Assembly (NCBI RefSeq): GCF_003918875.1
Contig: NW_025766956.1
Span: 434,001-498,000, forward strand
Reading direction: 5' to 3'
DNA from: Haliotis rubra
Lineage: Eukaryota
DNA: 64,000 nucleotides
Below are positions 1 through 13,887 of this stretch, piece after piece (the first letter of the stretch is position 1; each line of letters starts with the position of its first letter). A program made the position numbers and the translations under genes. A model generated the notes under the pieces. The model was not told the DNA's origin, made no database searches, and saw nothing but the letters and a program-made list of their open reading frames with translations.

Positions 1-77
1 ACATTAGGTAAGAGGACTGTATTGTTACCACATGAGATTTAGAACAGTGAATACGTTAGGTGACAATGTTATGTAAG

Positions 78-199
78 CCAGGATCTAGATTTTCGAAGCT
101 CTCTTAGCGCTAAGATAGTCGTAAGTGCCATACATTAACATTAACTTGCGACTATCTTATAGCGCTAAGAGAGCTTCGAAAATCTACTGTAGGCCCTGG
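78..199. mobile_element. Short palindromic MITE (hairpin)
   Basis: tagattttcgaagctctcttagcgctaagatagtcg-aagt pairs with actt-cgactatctta..gcgctaagagagcttcgaaaatcta; ccagg/cctgg ends. Confidence 0.75.
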
Positions 200-1301
200 T
201 TTGCCCAGGACGGTGTAAGTTACAAAGGTCACTGTGTTCGTTGCCAGGGTGTCTGTAATAAACAACTTGATATGCATATGACCTCAAATGAATCCCGAAA
301 TATAATTTCCATGGTATTCCGATCCATGAATTAATGAAAAAATCCAATGTCTCATTGTGATTGCATGCCCGTGAGATTTCTCCGTGAATCCACGAAATTG
401 AAACTGACATTTTGACAGGCACTAATTCCAGCCGAGAGTCTTACCGTATGGTTATCTGGGAGGGACATATCACGGAACTGCATTGTAAAGCTCTGTGGAA
501 AGCATGGTAGTGTCATAGAATCATATTCGAGGGCTGTAAGGAGCACTTTGAGCGCCACATCAGAATCGTAGCTGCATGGGAAACTTAAAGCTCATATCAC
601 AGGGTCGCATTGTAGAGTTGGGTGAGAGACTTGGAGGATTAAATAAAGGCATCTCACTGTGGAGCTCTGGGGGAAACTTAAATGGGCATATCCGACACTA
701 TATGAGAGACGCCATATTTTGACCTACATAACAGTCTTATACAGTCTCACTGCACACTAGTGTAATCTGAGCTGATCGGCTGTTGTAAATATACAACGCC
801 ACATGATAATCCGATTATCTTCCGAAACGGATTCTATTGGATAAAACACACATTCAAAAAGCTAAGGTTTCCAATCTGGCAATTTAGACACGATAAGACT
901 GTAAACGAGGGAATTATGTGTGTGGAGAAAATTATAGACAAATGACTGAACACGGTCTAAATGTAAAATAATGCAATCAAAACCCTGATATGTTGATCCA
1001 ATAACTAACTATAATGTTTTAAATGTCACTATGTCAACACCTTGCATAGTACTGGCTGGAAATTGGTTTTGGAAAATGGCAGCCGAGGCGGTCGTTACTC
1101 AAAATCGGGTTCAAACCTCTTGGGTATCATCATTGATAAGGTCAAGCATGGTCGAAATGTAAATGTACAAGCAAAGGTCAACAGTCAAAGTATCTAGAAA
1201 TAGGGAACAATTCACATCTATGTAGAAGCCCACTTTTGACTACATAGATGTCATGACAAATCGACAAAAGTTCTCAGAACAAAATCTTTCATAGTGATGG
1301 A

Positions 1302-1465
1302 GGGACTGTGGGGTAGCCTAGTGGTTAAAGCGTTCGATCGTCACGCTGAAGACCCGGGTTCGATTCCCCACATGGGTACAATGTGTGAAACCTATTTCTG
1401 GTGTCCCCCGCCGTGATATTGCTGGAATATTGCTAAAAGCGGCGTAAAACCATACTCACTCACCC
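1302..1465 (+). mobile_element. tRNA-derived SINE (family 1), full length
   Basis: A-box tagcctagtggtt, B-box ggttcgattcc, conserved body, (actc)n tail; several copies in the window. Confidence 0.9.
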
Positions 1466-2627
1466 ATAGTGATCGAACTGCAAAGGTCAAATTAAAGTCG
1501 CAATGATTTTGCATAAAGGAAAGGAAAAGAACAGAACGGAAATTGTGAGCCTGACGGGTAACGCCTCGTACCAAATTCCATTACACCTGACACCCCCTAA
1601 AGCGGCCACCTTGACCCAGATTAAGATACTTGATGACAACCTAATGTCTTGAGGAACAGACTGCCGGGTTGTGCATTCGGTTCAATTGGAATCTGTTATC
1701 TTGGAGAATATTGCTCTTAACAGAGACTGGAGTACTGGAGTACGTTTGTAGTTTGGCTCCGGAGGTTTCAGCCACCCTCGTATATTGCATACGTATAATA
1801 CGTCCTTATAACCTCTGTTACACACCATCAGAATAACAGAAAGTTACATCATCTGATCTAGATGACAGCAAACCTTAACGTAGTAAAGAAAATACTTCAT
1901 GAAAAGTACAAACGCTTACATAGTTGATCTGGTTTTATAGTTAGCCAAAGTAGCAGTTGACATTTTAAAATCGCTTTTTCAAAGTATATTTCGGTTTAAT
2001 AATAAATCCAAGACAAATAAACTGGGCATTTCAAGACCACAACCCCTTCTCAGAATTCATAAAATTTCAATACATCTGATATTTAATTTCACTTCTCATG
2101 TCATAACCTTACCGTTATCTGAGTCGTTAAGAGAACTTCTCTCTTCTCGCTTCCGGCGTCTACACCTGTACGTGATTAACCAGGATTAGCCAGGCCGTTT
2201 TCTGAAGACAACAATCTATTTTGACCTTTACAGAGAAAAATGTATTGATATTGATGCTCAGCTGTGTGCGTAAAAGTCCTCATACATATTCTAGCTTTAC
2301 TATATACAGAATCAAAAGGATTAATAAAAAAATTGAAGATTATACATTAGCTTTTAGCATTGCACCATATAGATAAGCCCTGTCGCCATTGTTATGCTCA
2401 TCTCATCTTTTCGAAGGCAAAACGTCTACCATTCCCCGATGTGAGTGAGAGATTATGGCTACTACGTGTAATCCCTTTACAAGAAAATGAAGCCCATATC
2501 TTTCCCATTTGTAATTTTTATGAAAATCTCAAGAACGTATTCTACTTAAATAGTATTGTAAAAACCAATCGGAAGCAAAGTATATAGCTTTAACAAATGT
2601 TCATAACAGTCAATGGTTATGATTACA

Positions 2628-2722
2628 CAATGCCATTTAGAAAGTGTATAAAGTGGTCAAATGTAACATATGTTATATTTGGGGTTACACGTTCTCAGTA
2701 AAGTACAGATTCTAGTACTTTC
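2628..2722 (-). repeat. Fragment of a second dispersed SINE-like repeat (also about 25030-25085, 28620-28870, 35348-35600, 42170-42230)
   Basis: Shared aagtggtcaaatgtaacatatgttatatttggggttacac.ttctcagtaaagtacagattctagta; copies near 28745 and 35450 carry tRNA-like A/B-box heads. Confidence 0.65.
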
Positions 2723-3166
2723 TAGTCAATGTTTAGCTGAGTTTGTTTACACTGCTTTTAGAAAGCGCAGACCATATAATAGATATATCATGTCCACCAC
2801 ACAAGAACAAAGGATGGGGTTGGGGTGTGTACTTGCTTGTGTATTGATCAACAGCTTGATGAAGCTCATTTCGACGCAGTCATTTGTCAGTACATATTGA
2901 GATTTCTATAGAAATCAATGGACGCTGTGTCCCTTCGATTTCACTGCGGGTCAGAGCCACCCCTGGCGTCGGATCTACGCCCTCACTTCAGTTCTGTGTT
3001 GTCAACAGCAATTTACATTTCCAGTCATGCAGTTGACATCGGAGAGAACGTTCCTGATATGAGTGCAAAGTGATTACTTATTGAGACATGTGTTCGGTGA
3101 TAGCGTGTATACTAGTATATAAATCCTGTGCAACAAAAAATGTCATTTTAAGAGAAGAACGCTGTT

Positions 3167-3343
3167 NNNNNNNNNNNNNNNNNNNNNNNNNNNNNNNNNN
3201 NNNNNNNNNNNNNNNNNNNNNNNNNNNNNNNNNNNNNNNNNNNNNNNNNNNNNNNNNNNNNNNNNNNNNNNNNNNNNNNNNNNNNNNNNNNNNNNNNNNN
3301 NNNNNNNNNNNNNNNNNNNNNNNNNNNNNNNNNNNNNNNNNNN
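3167..3343. other. Assembly gap (N run)
   Basis: Run of n. Confidence 1.
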
Positions 3344-4346
3344 GATGTTTCTTCATTTCCCCAATGATTTATGCAACCAGTTTAGTGCCTTCCATCAGAG
3401 AACTGACCTAGCTGTCTTATTAGTGAGAGAGGAAATAGGCCACTGAAGCCTTGGTGTTCAATACGGAAGTGTGACATGGACAAGGATTATGAATCTACTG
3501 TGGCCTTCGCCGATCCATTAGTAACCTGTAAAGAAGACACACTGGCCCTTCACTCTTGTCTTTTTTTGGTCTGACTTTCAGTGAGCACTGTAGGAAAAAG
3601 CTCTACATCAAAGCTACCCCACTTCGGCAAGATAACAAGAATCACCAAGCGACAGACTAGACGGTCCTCCTGACATTTCAAGAGTCTGGTGTAGAACCAC
3701 AGACATCACTTCAGTCGGAATAAGTGAATAGGAATATGCCGGATTGTTCTCCGTGGCAATTTTACAACACTTCTCTGGGTCTCTATTAATGAATATTATC
3801 AATCGTATTTAATAACACTATAAGACAAACATGTGAAATATATGCTAATAATCACAGCTGATGCGGCGTTGCGGGGACGTCTGTACCGGCATCGTATCAC
3901 AGGTCGTGTGGATTTTACGCGTAAATCATGCTACACAATCCGCTGTTGTGCTTGTCACAAATTCCATTGACCCGCCTACGCCCTTATACAGTAGACTTCT
4001 TTACTAACTGATTGTATGGATAAAATGTCAAATGGAGTCCTATTTTAATCTTACTGGCTGACATTTAAAAACGATGGCAATTTAGTAGCGTCTGCTCGAA
4101 CGAAGGAGTCAGAAGACATGTTTTGGAAGTGTTGGTAAAGAGCTGTAGACAATTCATTCCATTAACACAGACATACTTGGGATATTCATTGAAGTTTAGA
4201 CGACAACCGGTAACTATGATGAGGTGAGAATCATGCCGTCACAAGACACACTTCTGACAACACCATAGTGGAAGAACAAGTGCCACAGTTAGGGACGTAT
4301 ACTGTTACATGTTCTCACACATTGAATTTCATTTCATACACTTAAA

Positions 4347-4510
4347 GGGGCGGTGGGTTAGAATAGTGGTTAAAGCGTCCGCTCGTCACGCCGAAGAACC
4401 GGTTCGATTGCCCATATGGGTATAATGTGCGAAGCCCATTTCTGGTGTCCCCCGCTGTGATATTGCAGGAATATTGCTAAAAGCAGCGTAAAACTAAAAC
4501 TCACTCACTC
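4347..4510 (+). mobile_element. SINE family 1 with TSD tcatacacttaaa
   Basis: Same consensus; 13-bp direct repeats on both flanks. Confidence 0.9.
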
Positions 4511-4675
4511 ATACACTTAAACAACATATTTATGCGACACATTATACCCACTTGTATCCAAACCATGCATTTCATTTTCACGTTTTTATCTATAACAAAC
4601 TTGATTTAGCTTTGACTATCGTACAAAAAAGAACAGACGGGTAACAGACACAATATTCCGACTATACAGTTAGGA

Positions 4676-4836
4676 GATAAACATCATGTGTTGGCCAATT
4701 TCCGGGTGTTATTGAGTATTTGAAGCACAGGAATTCATTTGGAACCGACGGCGTCAGCCGGAGGTTTCAAATGGAATATTCCCGTGCTTCAAATACCCAA
4801 TAACACCCGGAAATTGACCAACACATGATGTTTATC
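4676..4836. repeat. About 160-bp imperfect palindrome, probably the end of a non-autonomous DNA element
   Basis: gataaacatcatgtgttggccaatttccgggtgttattgagtatttgaagcac pairs with gtgcttcaaatacccaataacacccggaaattgaccaacacatgatgtttatc; GC-rich central loop. Confidence 0.8.
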
Positions 4837-5189
4837 GACATTGTAAACACAAAAGTAAACCAAACGGTCCACACACGTTTTTGTGTCTGCACTCATTGAC
4901 ATAGAGTACGGGTACAGCAGTGCAATATCATCAGCCGGCCGTTTCGGCTGTCATCCATGGTAGCATCTGGAACTGCTCATTTGTGACGTCATTTGGACTT
5001 TACGTCTCAATATGATTTGAATGACGTCATCTCAGCTGACGACGTAACAATACAATGGTGTGAGCGATGTTTGTATGTATTAATACGCAGCGAATTTCCG
5101 GGAATCGAATACCATTTGATCACGTTTTTCAACCAATCAGATTAAAGAACACAGTGACTTTTGGTTTACAATGTATCATGACGTTGCCG

Positions 5190-8100
5190 TGTATCTTGAC
5201 TCCAGATATATACATGATGTATCTTGACTCCAGATATATACATGATGTATCTTGACTCCAGATATATACATGATGTATCTTGACTCCAGATATATACATG
5301 ATGTATCTTGACTCCAGATATATACATGATGTATCTTGACTCCAGATATATACATGATGTATCTTGACTCCAGATATATACATGATGTATCTTGACTCCA
5401 GATATATATACATGATGTATCTTGACTCCAGATATATACATGATGTATCTTGACTCCAGATATATACATGATGTATCTTGACTCCAGATATATACATGAT
5501 GTATCTTGACTCCAGATATATACATGATGTATCTTGACTCCAGATATATACATGATGTATCTTGACTCCAGATATATACATGATGTATCTTGACTCCAGA
5601 TATATACATGATGTATCTTGACTCCAGATATATACATGATGTATATCTTGACTCATGATATATACATGATGTATCTTGACTCAGATATATACATGATGTA
5701 TCTTGACTCCAGATATATACATGATGTATCTTGACTCAGATATATCATGATGTATCTTGACTCAGATATATACATGATGTATCTTGACTCCAGATATATA
5801 CATGATGTATCTTGACTCCAGATATATACATGATGTATCTTGACTCCAGATATATACATGATGTATCTTGACTCCAGATATATACATGATGTATCTTGAC
5901 TCCAGATATATACATGATGTATCTTGACTCCAGATATGTACATGATGTATCTTGACTCCAGATATATACATGATGTATCTTGACTCCAGATATATACATG
6001 ATGTATCTTGACTCAGATATATACATGATGTATCTTGACTCCAGATATATACATGATGTATCTTGACTCCAGATATATACATGATGTATCTTGACTCCAG
6101 ATATATATATACTTGATGATGTATCTTGACTCCAGATATATACATGATGTATCTTGACTCCAGATATATACATGATGTATCTTGACTCCAGATATATACA
6201 TGATGTATCTTGACTCCAGATATATACATGATGTATCTTGACTCCAGATATATACATGATGTATCTTGACTCCAGATATATACATGATGTATCTTGACTC
6301 CAGATATATACATGATGTATCTTGACTCCAGATATATACATGATGTATCTTGACTCCAGATATATACATGATGTATCTTGACTCCAGATATATACATGAT
6401 GTATCTTGACTCCAGATATATACATGATGTATCTTGACTCCAGATATATACATGATGTATGTATCTTGAGATATATACATGATGTATCTTGATCCAGATA
6501 TATACATGATGTATCTTGACTCCAGATATATATACATGATGTATCTTGACTCCAGATATATACATGATGTATCTTGACTCCAGATATATACATGATGTAT
6601 CTTGACTCAGATATATACATGATGTATCCAGATATATGCATGATGTATCTTGACCAGATATATACATGATGTATCTTGATATATACTGATGTATCTTGAC
6701 TCCAGATATATACATGATGTATCTTGACTCAGATATATACATGATGTATCTTGACTCCAGATATACATGATGTATCTTGACTCCAGATATATACATGATG
6801 TATCTTGACTCCAGATATATACATGATGTATCTTGACTCCAGATATATACATGATGTATCTTGACTCCAGATATATACATGATGTATCTTGACTCCAGAT
6901 ATATACATGATGTATCTTGACTCCAGATATATACATGATGTATCTTGACCCCAGATATATACATGATGTATCTTGACTCCAGATATATACATGATGTATC
7001 TTGACTCCAGTATCATGATGTATCTTGACTCCAGATATATACATGATGTATCTTGACTCAGATATATACATGATGTATCTTGACTCCAGATATATACATG
7101 ATGTATCTTGATCTTGAGATATATACATGATGTATCTTGACTCCAGATATATACATGATGTATCTTGACTCAGATATATACATGTATCTTGACTCCAGAT
7201 ATATATGATGATGTATCTTGATGTATCTTGACCAGATATATACATGATGTATCTTGATCAGATATATACATGATGTATCTTGACTCCAGATATATACATG
7301 ATGTATCTTGACTCCAGATATATATATCTTGACATGATGTATCTTGACTCCAGATATATACATGATGTATCTTGACTCCAGATATATACATGATGTATCT
7401 TGACTCCAGATATATACATGATGTATCTTGACTCAGATATATACATGATGTATCTTGACTGATGTATACATGATGTATCTTGACCAGATATATACATGAT
7501 GTATCTTGACAGATATATACATGATGTATCTTGAGATATATACATGATGTATCTTGACTCAGATATATACATGATGTATCTTGACTCCAGATATATACAT
7601 GATGTATCTTGACTCCAGATATATACATGATGTATCTTGACTCCAGATATATACATGATGTATCTTGACTCCAGATATATACATGATGTATCTTGACTCC
7701 AGATATATACATGATGTATCTTGACTCCAGATATATACATGATGTATCTTGACTCCAGATATATACATGATGTATCTTGACTCCAGATATACATGATGTA
7801 TCTTGACTCCAGATATATACATGATGTATCTTGACTGATATATACATGATGTATCTTGACTCCAGATATATACATGATGTATCTTGACTCAGATATACAT
7901 GATGTATCAGATATATACATGATGTATCTTGACTCCAGATATATACATGATGTATCTTGACTCCAGATATATACATGATATCTTGATGATGTATCTTGAC
8001 CCCAGATATATACATGATGTATCTTGACTCCAGATATATACATGATGTATCTTGACTCCAGATATATACATGATGTATCTTGACTCCAGATATATACATG

Positions 8101-9012
8101 ATGTATCTTGACTCCAGATATATACATGATGTATCTTGACTCCAGATATATACATGATGTATCTTGACTCCAGATATATACATGATGTATCTTGACTCCA
8201 GATATATACATGATGTATCTTGACTCCAGATATATACATGATGTATCTTGACTCCAGATATATACATGATGTATCTTGACTCCAGATATATACATGATGT
8301 ATCTTGACTCCAGATATATACATGATGTATCTTGACTCCAGATATATACATGATGTATCTTGACTCCAGATATATACATGATGTATCTTGACTCAGAGAT
8401 ATATACATGATGTATCTTGACTCCAGATATATACATGATGTATCTTGACTCCAGATATATACATGATGTATCTTGACTCAGATATATACATGATGTATCT
8501 TGACTCCAGATATATACATGATGTATCTTGACTCCAGATATATACATGATGTATCTTGACTCCAGATATATACATGATATCTTGATCAGATATATACATT
8601 GATCTTGACTCCAGATATATACATGATGTATCTTGACTCCAGATATATACATGATGTATCTTGACTCTTGACTCCAGATATATACATGAGATATATACAT
8701 GATGTATCTTGACTCCAGATATATACATGATGTATCTTGACTCCAGATATATACATGATGTATCTTGACTCCAGATATATACATGATGTATCTTGACTCC
8801 CAGATATATACATGATGTATCTTGACTCCAGATATATACATGATGTATCTTGACTCCAGATATATACATGATGTATCTTGACTCCAGATATATACATGAT
8901 GTATCTTGACTCCAGATATATACATGATGTATCTTGACTCCAGATATATACATGATGTATCTTGACTCCAGATATATACATGATGTATCTTGACTCCAGA
9001 TATATACATGAT
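5190..9012. repeat. 28-bp tandem satellite (GTATCTTGACTCCAGATATATACATGAT)n, about 3.8 kb
   Basis: Read directly; roughly 135 highly homogeneous units. Confidence 0.98.
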
Positions 9013-9581
9013 GACGGAGCTTGGAATCTCGATACACTAGAAATGCATGATGTGTATTTTCGGATAATGTACCAAACCTTTTTTGACCCAGTACGCATGC
9101 ACGTCAAAACCTTTATGTAGACATGTTTTCTTGAATACGTTCGTGAGCTTTAGCAGTTTCCAAAGGCAGGATTCCGTGTGAAATCGAAAGAGTAAACTGA
9201 CCATCACTCTGCGCGGTAGTAGTGCTTATCAGCACTCATCTTGATGTTGAGAACTGACGTTAGGAACATTTTAATTTAACAGCTTTCAACACTCCGCACA
9301 CAGTTTGGTCGATTAATGGCTTTTGTGAGACGGTCCTAAACTCACCGTTTATGTTTCCGCAGTTGCAATGTCATCTTGGGTTCCGGCTAGAACTTTCTTC
9401 ACGTTTGGGAGCGGATGGAAATCTGACGGAGACAGATGAGGAGAAAAGGAGGGTCCTGAATAGGATGTATTGTAGTCACCGTAATGACTGATTACTGCCG
9501 CGGCACATTGTCGTGATGGAAAGCACGCCTTTTCTCAGACAAGATCATCCCGTGCTTGGCGCGTTACCTTTTATCAGATTT

Positions 9582-9753
9582 GAGTGAGTGGGTGATGTTA
9601 AGTTTAACGCCACTTTTAGCAATATTAGCAATATTCCAGCAATATCACGGCGGTGGACACCAGAAATGGGCTTCATACATTGTACCCATGTGGGGAATCG
9701 AACCCGTCGGCGTGACGAGCGAACGCATTAACCACTAGGCTACCCCACGTCCC
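9582..9753 (-). mobile_element. SINE family 1 with TSD tatcagat(t/c)tgag
   Basis: Reverse-complement copy with a small internal duplication and a deletion. Confidence 0.9.
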
Positions 9754-9823
9754 TATCAGATCTGAGAAGCAGCAACGAGGTGATGTTTTTTCATCGCCAA
9801 AGACACTCTAATACTGGAATATA

Positions 9824-10778
9824 GGGGAGACCGGGGTCAATTGTAACACTTTTTACTTAACGTCTTGTAATTCGATACTAGTCGACCGCTCACAAAGTTA
9901 ATCGGTACTAACTAGTACATTGGCATCTTGGTTTTAAACATCGGTGTCATTTAAAGTTCACTATCATGTCGTTACAAAGTTATTACGCATCAAATGCAAT
10001 GACTGCAAGTGTTACAACTGACCCCTAGCACGGGGCAATTGTAACAGGCGGATGGGGCAATTGTAACAAAGAAGGTTCAAATGTAACAATCTGTTTATTT
10101 TCCAAATAAAATCAAAATAAAATGTGGAAAGATGTTATCTTGATCCATTGAGGTGGAAATGGATTAACATTAAACCTTTATCACCATCGACATTTAAAAT
10201 GTTTTTGGTTTAAAATTCTTGTATTGGTATGCCCAAAATATAATACAAAGACTGCCACCAAAATGTGTCACCCGAGGGCTGAAACTATCAACATTACACT
10301 GAACACGTTCTACTATGATAAAACTAGTACAGAACTAACATAAAACCTTCATCATAATTTGCTTCATTATCCTAACACAAGGGAAAATTACATTGGGCAA
10401 TTGTAACATAGTGTTACAACTGCCCCCGATGGTAGTAGCCATGTTTCATGCCACGTCACACGGTAACAACTTTGGGCTTCTCAAATATTTCTACTTCAAA
10501 ATATGTCGTAATACCTCAATTTTACACTTGTTAATTAGTTTCATACCAAGCAACATTTTTCTGCATTAAGAACCTTTTATTACGTTTTGTGAAAAATTTA
10601 CTTTCCCTTGTGAAAAACGATTCTTCGTTAACTGTATCTCGCCATGAGCGAGCAGCTGAAAAACGCCTGGAGTAGGAAAGTAAAGGGAAATAACTCTACT
10701 CACCTACCCTATGCTTGAGCGAAAACTTTTAGAGTAATTGCCCTTGTTACAATTGCCCCGTGTGACCCCGGTCTCCCC
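9824..10778. mobile_element. Non-autonomous TA-flanked DNA transposon (Tc1/mariner-pogo-type MITE)
   Basis: TIRs ggggagaccggggtca / tgaccccggtctcccc, TA on both sides, multiple internal ggggcaattgtaaca repeats. Confidence 0.85.
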
Positions 10779-12013
10779 TACCCTGTGCTGGTAAATGCCC
10801 CATAAACACCTAACATGGCCCGGATCAGTTATCACCATATCGGGGATTCTTAAGAACATTTCTGTTGTTCTGTCATCACAAGTCTTCCAGGAGTGGCATC
10901 GTATCAAGGTTCTCCCTGCGACACTTAAACCTTCTCACGGTGGCACAGGGAGGACATCATTACCTGCTGATGTATTCATATCTTCATAGAAAGTCCTATT
11001 TCTGCACATTCTTGATTACTGCAAGTACCTCCAGTTTGTCCTTTTCCCAAAGATCGCAGATCCCTTCTTTTTGCAGGCTTGTCACAGCGAAACAATTTAC
11101 TCAAGTGACTCAGGTTTATGTGGATATACCTCTATGATATCATGTAATGTCCACGACCAAATTAACACTTCCTTCTTATGTCGAACATTATCTAAACCTG
11201 ACAGATATAAAGCGGTGGGGTTAACGTCAAAGAAGGGCAAGTGGGTGAGTCTGGATTGGGATTAACACTCAGCGTGTCAGCTGATATAGGAATGCCAGAA
11301 GTGATGCATAACGTTTACCACTGTGGTGAAACCCACAAGCGTATGGTGCTGACAGACATTATTACATCATGAACCAGCGATCACAGGTTTCGTGGGTGCT
11401 CAAGGGACGCAACTCTGCTTAGTGAATTGCGCCGTTCTTGATAACGCTGTCTCCCATGTCTCGGAGAAGAGGTAGAAGATGTACAAACGCCTTCCTTCTT
11501 CAGACAAACGCTTCGGATGTTAGTGATGACTGATGTTCAGAGGACTTACTGGGAATGATGGAATCTATGACGGTTGGCTGTTCATCAAACAATTGAAACA
11601 TTGCATGACGCCACCTGGGTGAAGCGACCACGTTGAGTCACTCTCAGTTAACCATATCTGTCGATCACAGTTGTTCTTGTATTTACAACAACTGTGGTTT
11701 GAAAGGTTGGTTAGTGCTACACTAAAATAACCACAGAGCGGTATGTTACATGGTTGTGTTTCTTATGTGGTTATCGATTTGCTGAACAAACTATCGATCC
11801 GTGCTTTGTGATCACGGTACACCAGTCATCAACAATATAATATTCACATGAGTGTGATCAGTTCTTGCATCTTCTCATTTTTATTGATCCATGGAAGCAT
11901 ACGACCTAGAAAAAGGTCCTGTACAGAACCCAGCTCAGATTAATCAGGCCTCCCGTGTGGCTCCACAAGACCTTTATCTTCTATACCAGAACAACATTGT
12001 GGCTGTTATAATA

Positions 12014-13337
12014 TAGTTCGGTTCATAAATATTGAGAATTTTTCATGTCAGTTTGAACTCCTAGGTTTTTTCATGAGCTCCACTGATGATGAAATTCTGC
12101 TATCAGTCCAAGGGAGGCAACTCTTCTTGTCTTTCTAGACATGTCAGATTAGAGTTACCTCCCCTTAAATTTAAGCAGAAGACATTTTCCAAAACAATGT
12201 CCAAAATGGCTGCTGAAGAGAAAAGAAGGTTGATTTTAGATTTGTACAATGGAGGTATCACCGTATCACTGATGTCCATACACTGTCAGAAAGAGCAGAC
12301 ACTCCTCTATCAACTGTGTACAGGGTTAAGAAGAATATTCAGAGTGGAGCTGGAATTGAGCACAAGAAAGGAGCAGGGAGTCCCAGAAAATTGGAAATTG
12401 GAGATCGGGTCAGACTTGGCATTTTGGCTTTAACTAAGAAAAGAGCAAGTATATCCAACATCAGGTATGAGATGCTAAATAGTGGCTCACCTAATGTTCC
12501 TAAATCCACTTTTAGACGAAATTTAATTGATCTTGGATGGGAGAAAAAGAGGGGAGTGCTGACTCCAGACATGAAAGACAAACATAAGGAAAACCGTGTT
12601 TTGTGGTGTCAGGACCATGAAAACTTTGACTGGAGCAACACAATTTTCACTGATGAAAGTTCAGTCTGGGTGTATCCTAATAATGTAAAATTATGTTAAG
12701 ATGTGGACAAAATCTGATTCAGCACCGGCGTACCACAGGCCGAAATACAGTCCCAAGTTTCATGTGTTGGGTGGAGTGTCGTTACTGGGAACAACTCCTT
12801 TGTGCGTGTTTGAGGGAAATTTGACTAGTGAACGGTACACAGACATTCTTGAGAACTTTCTTCTTCCAAATGCAGGAGTCTCTTATATGAATGATTGGAT
12901 TTTGCAACAGGACAATGGCCCAAAACACACGGCAAAGCACTCTAAACAGTGGTTCCAAGAGTAAAACGTGACATTGCTCCCATTTCCCAGCTACAGTCCG
13001 GATCTGAATCCCATTGAGAACATTTGGGGGATGATGAAGGAGAATGTCAACCAAAAGGGACTCACCAAACTTGAAGACATGAAGAGACATGAAGAGAGAG
13101 GTAGTGCGATATTGGGACAGTATCCCTCATGAAACTCTAACCTCTCTGATAGGGAGTATGCCTACCCGCATTAAACTGTGCATGGAAAGTAACGGGGATC
13201 TGATAAAATATTAATTTCATACCTGCAGACATCTACAGGGTATGTACAAGTATTGAAAACTGAGTAATTTCAGATTTCACTCATTTTTTGCATTTTAGTA
13301 ACATTCATGGGATTCTCAATGATTATGAACCGAATTG
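12014..13337 (+). mobile_element. Full-length decayed Tc1-family transposon
   Basis: About 26-bp imperfect TIRs (a.ttcggttcataa..attgagaat), TA flanks, internal transposase. Confidence 0.92.
12197..13213 (+). pseudogene. Tc1 DD34E transposase pseudogene
   Basis: HTH region (G.PRKL), IFTDES, LQQDNGPKH, SPDLNPIEN; 34 residues between the second D and E; frameshifts near 12280, 12700 and 13085; TAA at 12962. Confidence 0.93.
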
Positions 13338-13790
13338 TATATGGTGAAACTAAAATGTCCTCAGGATATATACACAAGGAATAATGACCTGGTTCAGTGT
13401 GCGTGTACCTTTCAGTTCTATCATAGAGTAAAACACCATGCAAGATGTATAAATAAAATCTGTCATTATCCACAAGTGTCCTGAACCTCTAACTATCTAA
13501 GCTCAACACGTTATTTTCAAATGCCTCATAGCTCAGGGATGACGTTTCCCTACACATTTGTCATGTGACTGGTGATGTGAAATGGGTTTTTGTCAGAGAT
13601 TGCGAAACTTCCAGTAAATATCTTTTTGAGAAGTCTCACGTTTGAAATACTTTCTGTGAATACAACGAATATATACTACCCATCAAAAGTTTAGACTCAC
13701 TAGTGTAAATGTAGCCATTCACTTCAGTCAGGTGTTCTAAACTAGATTTTGCAAAATATTCCTTACCATTTAAAGGTACTGTTTACACAT

Positions 13791-13887
13791 CAGTCTAAGT
13801 AAACTTAGGCTCAGTATTATTCGTTACACTGCTATACTGACTATAGCAGTGTTACCAATAATACTGAGCCTAAGTTTACTTAGACTG
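13791..13887. mobile_element. 97-bp fold-back element with 10-bp TSD gtttacacat
   Basis: Near-perfect hairpin cagtctaagtaaacttaggctcagtattatt...aataatactgagcctaagtttacttagactg; identical direct repeats at 13781-13790 and 13888-13897. Confidence 0.88.

Noticed and set aside
1302-1380. tRNA gene
   Set aside because: The tRNA-like head is followed by a SINE body and tail, occurs in multiple copies with TSDs, and has no proper acceptor stem
5190-9012. CRISPR-like 28-bp repeat and long ORFs (up to 583 aa)
   Set aside because: Units are head-to-tail with no unique spacers, there are no cas genes and the context is eukaryotic; the ORFs are periodic translations of a stop-free repeat
10790-12000. 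Possible decayed LTR-retrotransposon (BEL/Pao-like) coding remnant
   Set aside because: Only a vague resemblance (LAVIKNVQK); no diagnostic RT, RNase H or integrase motif is readable; needs blastx
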